The translations under genes were made by a program, and so were the position numbers. Source: an uncultured Candidatus Poseidoniales archaeon (GTDB lineage: Archaea > Thermoplasmatota > Poseidoniia > Poseidoniales > Thalassarchaeaceae). Taken from it: 64,000 nt of DNA. Positions 19,038 through 29,179 of this stretch are shown here, in pieces; position 1 is the first letter of the stretch, and each line of letters starts with the position of its first letter. The stretch is taken from assembly GCA_964647665.1 (NCBI GenBank), contig CAZYIX010000002.1, forward strand, positions 120,722 to 184,721, in the 5' to 3' direction. The notes below the pieces were generated by a model that was not told the DNA's origin, made no database searches, and saw nothing but the letters and a program-made list of their open reading frames with translations.

Positions 19038-22000
19038 CTAGTCTGCGCTGTCCTCTTCGGATGTTGCTGCTTTATTCTCACTAGCAACAATCGTACCAAC
19101 TGGTGATTGTTCTGCAGGGGCAGTGATTCCTCCCTGTGAGGAACAGGTCGGTAACGGCTCTCCCGGCTCATCGACAGAATTAGGAGCAGGATTTCCTGTG
19201 CTGACATTTGACCAATAAACAACGTAGGAAGTTACCCTGATATCTTGGTTAGCACCAGATTGTTCATTCTGTGGGATATAGTTTTGACCGTCATATAGAC
19301 CAGCGTATTGAAGCGTATTCGGGCCGCCGGAAAAATCGACCCAATCAGTAATGTCCCAATTCCATTGTTTGACATCTTGGCCCGCACACCATCCGGCCCG
19401 ACCATAGGGCCAAGACCCCATTTGATTGGCGACGGTTCCGACATCTGTTTCTTTTGCACAGCCCTCGTTGTCACTATTGTGTGTGCTGTTGCCAGCCATC
19501 GGATGGTCCTCCTGCACATCATAGCCATTCATCATGTATCGATGCTCATGATTACAGAACTCAGCACAGTTTGCGTTGTCCTTACCAAATCCATGTCCAG
19601 TGATGCTAGCAGTAAGCGTGACCTTCTCAACATCGCTGGTCAGGTTAAGGTCGTGAAATCTCTTGTAGCGCGAATCGTTGTTGTATTCACCTCTGAATGA
19701 GCCGCCGCCAAATGCCCACTCCGCATCAGTAGCTCGTAATCCATCATCATCCCAAGTGGAAAGATAGATGCTGATATTGAACCAACCACCATTGGCCCCA
19801 CTATAGCGGAATTCAGTCTGACCACCGCCCAATAGCATAAACAAGTAAGGACTTACATCAGTTAACCAACGCCCTTCGCGCCCATAAGTTGTGATGTATC
19901 TGACGAATTCTGTGCCACATGTTGAATGGTTACCAGCCTCAGTGCAGATGTTCAATCTCTGGTCGTAGTCCCATTCATGGCAACCACCATACCTGTCGGT
20001 TGAGCCATCCCCATCATCATCAATACCGTAGCGATCTCGATGCTCGCTGCAAGCATGATGCATGTAGACTTCGATGGTGTTGAATGTCAGCATTGTGCTA
20101 GCGTTGGGAAATGTGCCATTGTTGTAGGATGAGTGACCTCCACCCCATCCACCATTATGTCTCTCTCCATCCCAGACATCTACTACAGTGACCGCAGGGT
20201 CATTGCCTCGGCTCTCTACAAGGAACTCCTTATTCCACATCTGTGGTTCCTTGGCGATGTAATCAAAACGGTAATTGACTCCGAAAGTACCAGCCCAATT
20301 TGACAATGATCCTATCTCCCTCCACTGCTGAAATCGGTCAATTCCATAGTAAAATTTGCTCCAGTCATTGATTACATCATTCAGTGAGCCTTGCACATAC
20401 CATGCCTGTTGATTGACAAAGTGAATGTTGGAGTCAATCCAATCTTGCTTGTCCTGTTGCTGATTGTTGTAGTAGGAATTGACTCTGCTCTCCATGCCAT
20501 TGACATCATTGGCCCAATCGCTATCATACGAGCCAAAGAAAATGTGTGCTTCTTGTGGGGTGGCATCGAGTAACCTTCCTACATCCTGATTCCACAGGCT
20601 GCTGATGTAGGAGTTCTGCTTCTGCAGGAAAATGAACAGGTAGGTCGACTCACCATCCCATTCATCTGCGATTCTCCAAGTTCCGGTGTCGCGAGTTTGA
20701 ATGGTCATCGGCCCTACTGTGCCAAACCTCTCAATTGAGTATGGCCCGGTTGAATCCCAGTCTACCGGACGTTGAATGATTGAACAACCATTCACATCTG
20801 ATGTCCAGTGAGGTGGGCTGTCTGGGCACGAATCGACATTGGCGAAAACTCCGTCACCATCGAGGTCGGCACAACCCTGAGCGTTGACAACAAGGCCATC
20901 GGGGGTTCCCGGGCACAAGTCTGCATCATCCATGACTCCGTCACCGTCATCATCCCACTCCCAAGGTGCGCAACCGTATTCATTGACGGTGGCTCCAAGC
21001 ATTGTATACTGGCATTGGTCATCGAAATCAATGACGCCATCTGCATCATCATCGCCGTCTTCATCGATGTCTCTGCATCCATCTGAGTCGTAATCTGTAG
21101 CATTAGTCGGTATCCATGCAGTCAAGCCAATTGGGCAGGAGTCATCTCCATCAAGGATGGAGTCGTTATCGTCATCGTCGTCGTTATCGTAGTCCCGGCA
21201 TCCATCACCATCGTGGTCAGAATAACTGGTTGAGGTCCAGCCCTGCGTTCCCTTTGGACAACTATCTCGTGAATCGGGAACTGTATCATCGTCGTCATCC
21301 TCATCCTCAGAATCGTCACGGCAACCATCTGAATCCCAGTCGAGCAACTCATCCTGTGCATCCCAGCCAAGCAGGCCACGAGCACATCTATCCGCACCGT
21401 CACGAATTCCGTCCGCGTCATCGTCTTCATCTTCCGTCAGGTCGTGACAGCCGTCTGAATCAAGGTCAGTCTGCGGATTTGATTGGAAAGCGATGCCACT
21501 CTCAACGCATGAATCGGATTCATCTGGAATGCCATCACCATCCATGTCATCGGTGACAACGACGTGAATATAGACGCCAACCATAGCGAATGACGGTGTC
21601 CAAGTGCCACAATTAGTAGTGAATGTGCCGTTGAATGAATCGGTAATCTGCCCAAGCATAACTGTGCCAATTCCATCGGTCAACGTGACTGCTACTTCAC
21701 GGCCAGTCTCATCTTCCCATCCGACAATACAGGAATCTAGATCGGAGTGGACAACCATCAAAGCAACCGTGACCGGCTCCTCGTCAATGACCCAAACAGT
21801 CGCTGGAAGAGCGGTGATGGCAACCGGGTCCTCAGTGATGGCTATCACCGTCACTTCACCCTGCCATTGTGCTGATTCACCATGCTGGTCTGTCGCAGTG
21901 ACAGTGAAGGTGTGGACTCCGGGTGGCAGGTCAGATATCTGAGCACTCCACAGCCCCGTAGTAGCCACATCTGCAGTTGCTTCCTGAACCCAGCCCTCTC

Positions 22001-22226
22001 CGCCAATGGCGAGTGTCACCGTCGAAGTGCTGGCAGATTCATCAGTGACTTTACCAAACACCGTCAGTGCCAATCCCTGATTTACATCGGAGTAAGGATA
22101 AACATCGATTGATGGGGCCTCATTCTCGGTAGTCGATACAGTTTCATCCCCTCCAAACAACCCTAGGCATCCTGAGGTCAGCATCAGCGTGGCGAGCAAC
22201 ATGCTGAGAGACAGGCGACTGCGCAT
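19038..22226 (-). CDS. Secreted lipoprotein with Asp-rich Ca-binding (TSP3-like) repeats and a C-terminal PNGase F-like (peptide N-glycanase F) domain
   Basis: Start at the internal Met gives 'MRSRLSLSMLLATLMLTSGC' (signal plus lipobox-like LTSGC); the ORF track begins at 22283. Mid-region has 'DSDGCRDDSEDEDDDDD'-type repeats. C-terminal 'ITGHGFGKDNANCAEFCNHEH...GSWPYGRAGWCAGQDV' aligns with F. meningosepticum PNGase F 'ISGWGHAKPYDAGSRGCAEWCFRTH...GNWAPDRAGWCPGMAV', as recalled from memory. Confidence 0.55.
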   Translation of the reverse strand: MRSRLSLSMLLATLMLTSGCLGLFGGDETVSTTENEAPSIDVYPYSDVNQGLALTVFGKVTDESASTSTVTLAIGGEGWVQEATADVATTGLWSAQISDLPPGVHTFTVTATDQHGESAQWQGEVTVIAITEDPVAITALPATVWVIDEEPVTVALMVVHSDLDSCIVGWEDETGREVAVTLTDGIGTVMLGQITDSFNGTFTTNCGTWTPSFAMVGVYIHVVVTDDMDGDGIPDESDSCVESGIAFQSNPQTDLDSDGCHDLTEDEDDDADGIRDGADRCARGLLGWDAQDELLDWDSDGCRDDSEDEDDDDDTVPDSRDSCPKGTQGWTSTSYSDHDGDGCRDYDNDDDDDNDSILDGDDSCPIGLTAWIPTNATDYDSDGCRDIDEDGDDDADGVIDFDDQCQYTMLGATVNEYGCAPWEWDDDGDGVMDDADLCPGTPDGLVVNAQGCADLDGDGVFANVDSCPDSPPHWTSDVNGCSIIQRPVDWDSTGPYSIERFGTVGPMTIQTRDTGTWRIADEWDGESTYLFIFLQKQNSYISSLWNQDVGRLLDATPQEAHIFFGSYDSDWANDVNGMESRVNSYYNNQQQDKQDWIDSNIHFVNQQAWYVQGSLNDVINDWSKFYYGIDRFQQWREIGSLSNWAGTFGVNYRFDYIAKEPQMWNKEFLVESRGNDPAVTVVDVWDGERHNGGWGGGHSSYNNGTFPNASTMLTFNTIEVYMHHACSEHRDRYGIDDDGDGSTDRYGGCHEWDYDQRLNICTEAGNHSTCGTEFVRYITTYGREGRWLTDVSPYLFMLLGGGQTEFRYSGANGGWFNISIYLSTWDDDGLRATDAEWAFGGGSFRGEYNNDSRYKRFHDLNLTSDVEKVTLTASITGHGFGKDNANCAEFCNHEHRYMMNGYDVQEDHPMAGNSTHNSDNEGCAKETDVGTVANQMGSWPYGRAGWCAGQDVKQWNWDITDWVDFSGGPNTLQYAGLYDGQNYIPQNEQSGANQDIRVTSYVVYWSNVSTGNPAPNSVDEPGEPLPTCSSQGGITAPAEQSPVGTIVASENKAATSEEDSAD

Positions 22227-22279
22227 GACTTTGCGACTGCATTGCAGAACATCAAGGTGTCCGCTGAATGGCACAGGAA

Positions 22280-23437
22280 TCAAGATACCATTTCGGCACG
22301 ACTTGATTGGATTGGCAGTACATCCATCTTCCGGGAAGAACCATCATGCATGACCTGAATCGGCATTACCCATTTCAACGGATAGTCATTTTCAATCTCT
22401 ACGATTACCACAACCTCCCAATGGAACGACAACAGCGTAGAATATTCACTCCCAGGCCACTCACCATCGGGCAGAGGTAAGTTGAGGTTAGCCCCCCCGT
22501 TCATTGCTTCCTCAATGGAAACCTCAACCGCCGTTCCAATCTCCTGCACAGGTAGTGGAGAGAGGAAAAGGCGCTCCTTGTCCGGCCCTTCAAGTGGGGT
22601 TCGCTCACCGACACCTGTACCCATCACGTCTTCTTGAGATGTCATCCGGGGCAGGGGGGTGGAGAATCCCGGGGGATTTTGATTACCCCCCTCACGACCC
22701 ATTGCATGGAGGAGGATTTCCCTACTCGGTGTAGTCATCCCAACTTGCACCCGTGCCTTTGCAGCAGTCCATCTAGCAGAGTCCCTAGGAAATTGAATGT
22801 TCACAGTTATTGGCGCTTTAGTATCGGGTGAGCCTTCGACATCCATCGATAACACAGGTGGGGGAGCATCGAGGAATTTACGAGTTCGGCGAAAGTCGAC
22901 GATGTTCGAGCCGATTCGCATCAGAATGGGTATGCAGAACACCGGGAAGAAAATCAGTAACAACATAGGATAATCTAGCAACCCAATTCTGATTGAACCT
23001 GCATAGGATTCGGACATGATGCCTGCATTGACCAAAACCGGCTCAAAGGCATGGATGATGAGAGCTAGTATGATGCCGATAACCGCGACACCAATCATTT
23101 GCCTTGCGAGGCGGTGGCCACGATTGGGAGTTAGAAACCAACCAGAACGGTGTGCCCGAAGTTGAGTTGGTACCGTTAGACTCGGCTCAGTCCATTCTGG
23201 AGTTTCTGAATTAGATGCAGTGTCGAGCAAGGTCCGTTCGATAAGGAATGAGTCATCACCCCCCATCGACAATTCACACGGAGTGACAGTTGATTTGCTC
23301 AAACGATAATCGGCCAAGGCAATTGGTAACTCCCGCGCAACAACTGACTCGGAATCAAAAGGGGGCCAGCGCAGTCTTAGACGAACTGTTCTCGCTGTGT
23401 GGTCCATACTACACCTCAACCTGTGAGTAGAGCCCAC
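22280..23437 (-). CDS. Hypothetical membrane protein (2-3 TM helices plus C-terminal soluble domain)
   Basis: Hydrophobic stretches 'MIGVAVIGIILALIIHAF' and 'MLLLIFFPVFCIPILM'. Co-oriented between the GGR gene and the PNGase F-like gene, with a 22-nt overlap onto GGR. Confidence 0.4.
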   Translation of the reverse strand: MGSTHRLRCSMDHTARTVRLRLRWPPFDSESVVARELPIALADYRLSKSTVTPCELSMGGDDSFLIERTLLDTASNSETPEWTEPSLTVPTQLRAHRSGWFLTPNRGHRLARQMIGVAVIGIILALIIHAFEPVLVNAGIMSESYAGSIRIGLLDYPMLLLIFFPVFCIPILMRIGSNIVDFRRTRKFLDAPPPVLSMDVEGSPDTKAPITVNIQFPRDSARWTAAKARVQVGMTTPSREILLHAMGREGGNQNPPGFSTPLPRMTSQEDVMGTGVGERTPLEGPDKERLFLSPLPVQEIGTAVEVSIEEAMNGGANLNLPLPDGEWPGSEYSTLLSFHWEVVVIVEIENDYPLKWVMPIQVMHDGSSRKMDVLPIQSSRAEMVS

Positions 23438-24660
23438 GTAGCCTTTGCAGCCATCCTTCGGAATTCCGGAACATCCTTGAGTAATCTGATTCCCAACGGG
23501 ACCGGCTTCTCAATCTCCCCCACATCGTTGATGAGATTGACAACTTCTGGACGTGCAAAGGCAATGAATGTACTCTCGAGTTCATCATCATCGCAAGAAG
23601 ACAAGAACAAGTCCCGCAATATTCTCGCTCGTTCCTGCTCTTTGCGGACCTTTCTCATCGGCTTACATATGCGCCGCAGTGAAGATTCAGACAATGCATC
23701 GAAATCACCGCAGGCATCAGCACGTACAGCCTCAATGAGTCCTTCTGCCAAAGCATCGACTTGGTTGAAGCCAGGTCCTATACCGCCTCCAGTGGTTGGC
23801 TTACACAAACCGGCGGCATCACCGAACAATACAGTGCGTTGTTTGTGTATTTTCTTGACTAAACCACAAGCGAGCGGGCCGCAATATCGTGCGGTTTCGC
23901 GAACCTCAGCGAATCTATGCTTCCACAAAGGGTGGTTAAGTAGAGTATCATACAGGTCCTCACATGAACGGCCATCAAGGTCATCTGGCCTAGACCACAC
24001 ACCAATTCTGTGAGTCTCACCGTTCGGGATTACCCATGCAAACAAGCCGGGTGCGACTTCCTCGCCTGTGAACATGTCAAGGCAATCCTGCTCTCCAAGA
24101 TAGCCGGTAACTTCAGCCTGGAATCCAATCATTATCTCCTTCGGTCTGCCCATTCTTCTGGTTCTGCGGACCCACGAATGGACGCCATCAGCCCCACAAA
24201 GTAGGCTGCATCGGACTATGACTTCTCTCCCACCCTTTCCATCCACTCCATATCGAGTTACTGAGAGTTCTACGCCATCTTCCCTTACCTCTACTGCCGA
24301 TGGTCGTGAATTGAGCCAAAGATTGCAACCCGCCTCAAGTGATTGTCTAACACAGCCCTCATCGAACATTTTGCGGCAGACAACGTGGGTGCGCACTATG
24401 TCAGGTGTGCCGATTCGGACACATGTTCCCTTAGGGCTATGAATTCTAGCACCGTACACATTACTGAGAATGGAAGATTGCAATCCGACTCGGTCCATCG
24501 CTGAAGGGGTGACAAGGCCTGCGCACTGGAATGGTTTGCCTATCTCAGCGTGCTCCTCAAGTATCAGGACTCGAAGTCCTCCACTGCTGAGCGTTCGCCC
24601 AAGGTAGCCGCCAACAGGCCCTGCGCCGACGATGACTACGTCATAATCTTGTATTGTCAT
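23416..24660 (-). CDS. FAD-dependent geranylgeranyl reductase family oxidoreductase
   Basis: N-terminal 'YDVVIVGAGPVGGYLG...LRVLILEE' Rossmann FAD motif and overall similarity to archaeal digeranylgeranylglycerophospholipid reductases. Confidence 0.75.
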   Translation of the reverse strand: MTIQDYDVVIVGAGPVGGYLGRTLSSGGLRVLILEEHAEIGKPFQCAGLVTPSAMDRVGLQSSILSNVYGARIHSPKGTCVRIGTPDIVRTHVVCRKMFDEGCVRQSLEAGCNLWLNSRPSAVEVREDGVELSVTRYGVDGKGGREVIVRCSLLCGADGVHSWVRRTRRMGRPKEIMIGFQAEVTGYLGEQDCLDMFTGEEVAPGLFAWVIPNGETHRIGVWSRPDDLDGRSCEDLYDTLLNHPLWKHRFAEVRETARYCGPLACGLVKKIHKQRTVLFGDAAGLCKPTTGGGIGPGFNQVDALAEGLIEAVRADACGDFDALSESSLRRICKPMRKVRKEQERARILRDLFLSSCDDDELESTFIAFARPEVVNLINDVGEIEKPVPLGIRLLKDVPEFRRMAAKATWALLTG

Positions 24661-24721
24661 CTGGCTGATGGTGACGGTGCGTCATCCATTATGCTTCTCA
24701 TAGCAGCAGTCGCAGCCGATA

Positions 24722-27031
24722 TCACTTGCTCTTGCGTCGGCCACGGCCACGTCCGGAAGATGGGCTGCTCTTTCGCAGCATTGTGATTAGGCGACTAGCA
24801 GACCCCTCGCGACCACCAGTGAGGGAATCCCAACCATCGGCCTGTACTTTAGCGCAAGCCGCCGTTTCATCGAGACCACCTTTCTCTGCTAATTTCTTAA
24901 TCCAGTTAATCTGCTTGTCAGACGCCGGGCGTTCTACATCCTTCTGTCGGGTAAGGAGGATATCGATGAGCCCGCTAGCACTGCCTTCCCTCCCGCCAGT
25001 GAGGTTCTCAAAACCTTCCACTTTGACCAGTGCGCAGGCTTCTTTCTCGTTAAGGCCGGCATCTTTGGTTAGGCTGACAACCCAATTGAGTTGCTTCTCG
25101 CTAGCCGGCTGGTTGGTAAGTGGTCGTTCAGTGCTGAGTTTGCTCAGTAGTTCGGCAATTTCGCTGCCGGTGAGTGATGATGCGTCACGATTACCCGTGA
25201 GTGCTTGCAGTTCATCATCTGGCATACCATTGGTCAGACGCTCAAAGTAAGCCAATTGTTTCTGGGTGGGGTGTTCCTTCTTCTTCGCCAAAGCATTCAG
25301 GTGAATTGCTTGGAACTTGCTGGAAAAATCATTCCATGACGTAGCTGCAGAGAGAGTTCCGTCCTCAATACCGTCTAGATTACCCTCCATCTCAGCAGTA
25401 AATTCTGACGAGAACAAATTACCCTCACCACCAGTGTAAGCGCGATTATAGTATGGAGCAACTACCTGCCATAGAGTTCGCCCCTGGTCTGTTGGGACTA
25501 GTGTACCTGACTCGTCGGCGCAGTACTTGCGTTTGATCAACTTGTCAATAGTGGTAGCAAAAGTAGAGGGGCGGCCAATGCCTTCTTCCTTCATCTTCTG
25601 AACGATGCTGTGTTGCTTGAATCTAGATGGGGGCTTGGTCTCATCTTCAGTGAATGTGGGGTTCTCATCGCTATCATCCAGCATCAATACAACGCCGGCT
25701 TCTGCATTGAAAGCAGGGGGAGTTGTTGCGGGCTGCTTGCGTATTTCTTCAAACGCTGCCTCCCATCCAGCATGTACACGCCATGATGTTGTGCCATTCA
25801 ACGGCTTGTCGCATCCCGCGCATTCAGCCTTGAAACTATAACTCTCATACCTTGAGGGGTTCATTTGGCTGCCAGTGAATCGTGCCCAAACCAACCGATA
25901 GAGGTTCTGCTGAGGGGCAGCAAGTCCTTCGGGCATTCTAACCTCGGGGCGAGACGGGCGAATCGCCTCGTGCGCATCTTGGACGTTCTTCGCTCCTGCA
26001 TCTTTGCCCAGAACACCGGTTCCAACATGGTCATCACCCCAAGTCGCTTGAATGAATTTCTTCGCGGATTCTCTTGATGAAGCGGTGGTTCTAGTTGAAT
26101 CGGTTCGGATGTAGGTAATGTGACCAGCATTGTACAATTCGCCTGCGACCTTCATTGCTCTCCTCGGATTCCAACCCAACTCGACACCGGCTGATTGTAG
26201 CAGTGTATCTGTAGAGAATGGAGGATATGCGCGATTACTGCGGTTGCCTGGAGTCACCTCGGCCAAAGTTAACTGCCGTTGCTTGCTAAGAGCTGCGTAG
26301 GCTGACTTGGCCAATTCTCCATCAGCCGTACGCTGGGGATTGTGTTTGCCTTTGTCATCTATCCATGCCAATGCGTCGTCCTTCTCATGGAAGCGCACAT
26401 TGAATCGAACATTCTGAGCATCTGCGTTGACAGCGAAGTAGGGCTGCGGAACAAAAGCCTCTCTTTCCAATTCACGCTCGACGATGAATCCGAGGGTTGG
26501 GGTCTGAACTCTGCCCATCGAAGTGAGAGACCAAGACTGGCTGAATTTGGAGGAGCGGAAGCCGACGAGTCGGTCCATGTAGCGGCGCACTTTGGCTGCC
26601 TCGACTAGATTGAAGTTGACATCACCACGCTGTTCTATTGAAGCTAGCACGGCTGTTTTGGTTATCTCATTGAAGGTCACTCGCCAGACATTTGGAAAGC
26701 CGGCTTCAGTAAATATTTCATAGAGTCTCCAAGCAATGAATTCTCCCTCTCGGTCTGGGTCAGTAGCGAGGTAGACGTTCTCGACATCTTTCTCCCCAGC
26801 CTTGCGCAGCATGTTAGAAACTGTGCGCTCAGCGTTGTCGGTGTATTGCCATGGGGGCTCAGGCAGGGTATCTGCGGTACAGGCCCACATTGCCTTCTTT
26901 CCGTCCTTTGACGATCGGTCGGTAGGTAGGTCTTGCACGTGGCCATTACAGGCAGCGACAATCCAACCCCTGCCCAAATACTTCTGTATCGTCTTCGACT
27001 TGGCGCCTGATTCCACAATTAGCATATCCAT
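24722..27031 (-). CDS. topA: DNA topoisomerase I (type IA) with a C-terminal triple tandem repeat domain
   Basis: N-terminal Toprim 'MLIVESGAKSKTIQKYLG' and the topo IA core. The C-terminus has three ~45-60-aa repeats '(S/A)xKQ(L/I)NW...LTGGREGSAS(G/R)LI' instead of Zn ribbons. Confidence 0.85.
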   Translation of the reverse strand: MDMLIVESGAKSKTIQKYLGRGWIVAACNGHVQDLPTDRSSKDGKKAMWACTADTLPEPPWQYTDNAERTVSNMLRKAGEKDVENVYLATDPDREGEFIAWRLYEIFTEAGFPNVWRVTFNEITKTAVLASIEQRGDVNFNLVEAAKVRRYMDRLVGFRSSKFSQSWSLTSMGRVQTPTLGFIVERELEREAFVPQPYFAVNADAQNVRFNVRFHEKDDALAWIDDKGKHNPQRTADGELAKSAYAALSKQRQLTLAEVTPGNRSNRAYPPFSTDTLLQSAGVELGWNPRRAMKVAGELYNAGHITYIRTDSTRTTASSRESAKKFIQATWGDDHVGTGVLGKDAGAKNVQDAHEAIRPSRPEVRMPEGLAAPQQNLYRLVWARFTGSQMNPSRYESYSFKAECAGCDKPLNGTTSWRVHAGWEAAFEEIRKQPATTPPAFNAEAGVVLMLDDSDENPTFTEDETKPPSRFKQHSIVQKMKEEGIGRPSTFATTIDKLIKRKYCADESGTLVPTDQGRTLWQVVAPYYNRAYTGGEGNLFSSEFTAEMEGNLDGIEDGTLSAATSWNDFSSKFQAIHLNALAKKKEHPTQKQLAYFERLTNGMPDDELQALTGNRDASSLTGSEIAELLSKLSTERPLTNQPASEKQLNWVVSLTKDAGLNEKEACALVKVEGFENLTGGREGSASGLIDILLTRQKDVERPASDKQINWIKKLAEKGGLDETAACAKVQADGWDSLTGGREGSASRLITMLRKSSPSSGRGRGRRKSK

Positions 27032-27362
27032 TTTCTCACTTCCCTATCGTGTCGTCACACGCACGCGCACACTCGTGCGCGAGTGGCCCGATTCTGGTGG
27101 AGTGCTCAACTCGACCATCCACAGCATGACGACTTCGGCCGCCACGTCACCCCTCCATAAACACTACTGATGGAAGTGGGAAGTGTGTCTGCTGTGGGGA
27201 CTACGTCCCCCCTGCGGAATCCAATTCTAGAGTGGAAGCCGCCAGAGTTTGTCACATAGTTTCCAGTTTCGCGACATACGCGCGCGACCGCGCGAGATGT
27301 GTGTTTTGTTGAAAGTTTAGAAGACTCGACAGATTCAAGGTTACAGGCCCCAGCGGAGTACC

Positions 27363-27707
27363 ATGCAGGAATTTAGCATAGTGATGAATGATGAACCCGG
27401 GGCATTGGCTACTCACTGTGAAGCAATCGCAGCGAATGGTGCCAACATCCTAGCTATCGCCGGTGTTGGTTCGGACGATGCTCGCATAGCAGTGATTACG
27501 GACGAAGAAGATGCAACGCGACTAGCATTGGATATGATTAGTGCCGACTACAGCACCAGTCCAGTACTGACACGCGAGTTACCACACCAACCGGGTGCAT
27601 TGGCCGAATTCTGTCGTGAAATGGGGGATTCTGGCACCAATATGCGCTCATTGTACATCCTCAGCATGGGTGAGGATGTAGCGACCATCGGTTATACCAC
27701 TGAATAA
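27363..27707 (+). CDS. ACT domain-containing protein
   Basis: 'IVMNDEPGALATHCEAIAANGANILAIAG' and a second similar half ('LPHQPGALAEFCREMGDSGTNMRSL') fit the ACT fold signature. Confidence 0.55.
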   Translation: MQEFSIVMNDEPGALATHCEAIAANGANILAIAGVGSDDARIAVITDEEDATRLALDMISADYSTSPVLTRELPHQPGALAEFCREMGDSGTNMRSLYILSMGEDVATIGYTTE

Positions 27708-27724
27708 ATGGGTTGTTGGCACCT

Positions 27725-28189
27725 TCACACTAACATGTGCTTGCGCGCAGCAACTTCATCCCATTCCCCTTCTGAACCGGGTCCACCGCACCCTACGCAT
27801 CCCGGATAGCCAGCCTCGAGCAGGTCGCGCACACCCCGTTGCCAACGTAGCCAAATGCCGGCCTCACCCTCACCGGTGTCGGGGACCCAGCACGTATCGG
27901 CAGATGGCTTGGGGCCTGCGAGACGCGCTAGCAGATTATCTCCCGACTTGATGCAGACATAATGCCAGTCTGTTCCACTCACAACTTGTGGTTCTCGAAT
28001 CAGTGATGGTAGAGAATCAGAGATGAGTAAGGCGAGAACATTAGCATCGCTTGCATAATTGGATGGAACTTCGAGCACACATCCTTCTGTGCGCAGTAAA
28101 CGGCGCGCCGCCTCAGCAAAAGACGCCGACTTCTCATCCATCGCTCCCCGATACCCCACCCCTCTTGAATCATGTCGGCCTTGCCGCAA
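27725..28189 (-). CDS. Hypothetical protein (154 aa) with a CxxC-containing C-terminus
   Basis: ORF only; 'GYPGCVGCGGPG' motif. No family recognised. Confidence 0.3.
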   Translation of the reverse strand: MRQGRHDSRGVGYRGAMDEKSASFAEAARRLLRTEGCVLEVPSNYASDANVLALLISDSLPSLIREPQVVSGTDWHYVCIKSGDNLLARLAGPKPSADTCWVPDTGEGEAGIWLRWQRGVRDLLEAGYPGCVGCGGPGSEGEWDEVAARKHMLV

Positions 28190-28228
28190 GCCTTGAAGGG
28201 TGGATGCCGAACCCGAAGAAGGAGAAGC

Positions 28229-29179
28229 ATGGTCGACCTCTCAATTTCTGCACCGGGCCTTGATATGACCAACCCACTCATGTTGGCAAGTGGCATTCAG
28301 GGTGCAAACGCCGCCTCCCTCCATCGTGTCGCTGATTCTGGGGCAGGGGGGATGGTCAGCAAGAGCATTGGCCCAAAGCCCAGAGAAATGTATCCGGGGC
28401 CAGTTTGCGTAGAAGCGGCGACCAACGTGGTTCTCAATGCGATGGGGCTACCAAATCCAGGGGTCGAGGCATTTGCTGAGATGATTGAATCCGAGACTTT
28501 TAGCAAACCACTGCTAGTCTCGATTTTTGGTGGAGACGCAGAAGAATTTGCGGCTGTTGCAGGAAGATTAGTTGACGCTGGTGCAGAATCATTGGAACTG
28601 AATCTGTCCTGCCCTCATGCCAAACCTGGCTCACGATCCCTAATAATCGGGCAACAGCCCGAACTCATCGCAGAAGTTGTCTCGACAGTTACAAGCGCAG
28701 TAGATGTGCCCATATACGCCAAACTCACTCCTAACACCTCTACAATCACTGAGGAGGCGAGAGCGGCAGTTCAAGGCGGAGCGCACGGCCTCTCACTCAT
28801 CAACACGGTTTCAGCGCTAGAGGTTGACCCATTTGTTGGAAGGCCAATTATTGGCAATCTGATGTGTGGACTGAGCGGACCTGCTGTACGACCGATTGCT
28901 CAAAGGAAATTGGCGGAAGTATCCCTAGCGATGCGACGAGACGAAATCGACACTGTTCCAATCCTCGGCATGGGTGGAATCACCAGTGGGCTCGACGTGG
29001 CTCGATTCATCATGCTCGGTGCAACCGCTGTGCAGGTGGGTACTGCGCTAGCCCACAAAGACGTAGCCGCATTCGACGAAATGCTTGACGGACTAGAATC
29101 AATGATGGTTGAGACTGGATACTCAGATCTCGAGCAAATGCAGGGGGTCGCATTGGACGCCATGGAGGGAATCAATTGA
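28229..29179 (+). CDS. pyrD: Dihydroorotate dehydrogenase catalytic subunit (class 1B, PyrD)
   Basis: 'MVDLSISAPGLDMTNPLMLASG...NAMGLPNPG' DHODH signature. Start at the internal Met. Confidence 0.85.
   Translation: MVDLSISAPGLDMTNPLMLASGIQGANAASLHRVADSGAGGMVSKSIGPKPREMYPGPVCVEAATNVVLNAMGLPNPGVEAFAEMIESETFSKPLLVSIFGGDAEEFAAVAGRLVDAGAESLELNLSCPHAKPGSRSLIIGQQPELIAEVVSTVTSAVDVPIYAKLTPNTSTITEEARAAVQGGAHGLSLINTVSALEVDPFVGRPIIGNLMCGLSGPAVRPIAQRKLAEVSLAMRRDEIDTVPILGMGGITSGLDVARFIMLGATAVQVGTALAHKDVAAFDEMLDGLESMMVETGYSDLEQMQGVALDAMEGIN

Noticed and set aside
27032-27362. tRNA or RNase P RNA in the long topA/ACT intergenic region
   Set aside because: No T-loop (GTTCRANYC) or RNase P CR-I/CR-V motifs found on either strand by eye.
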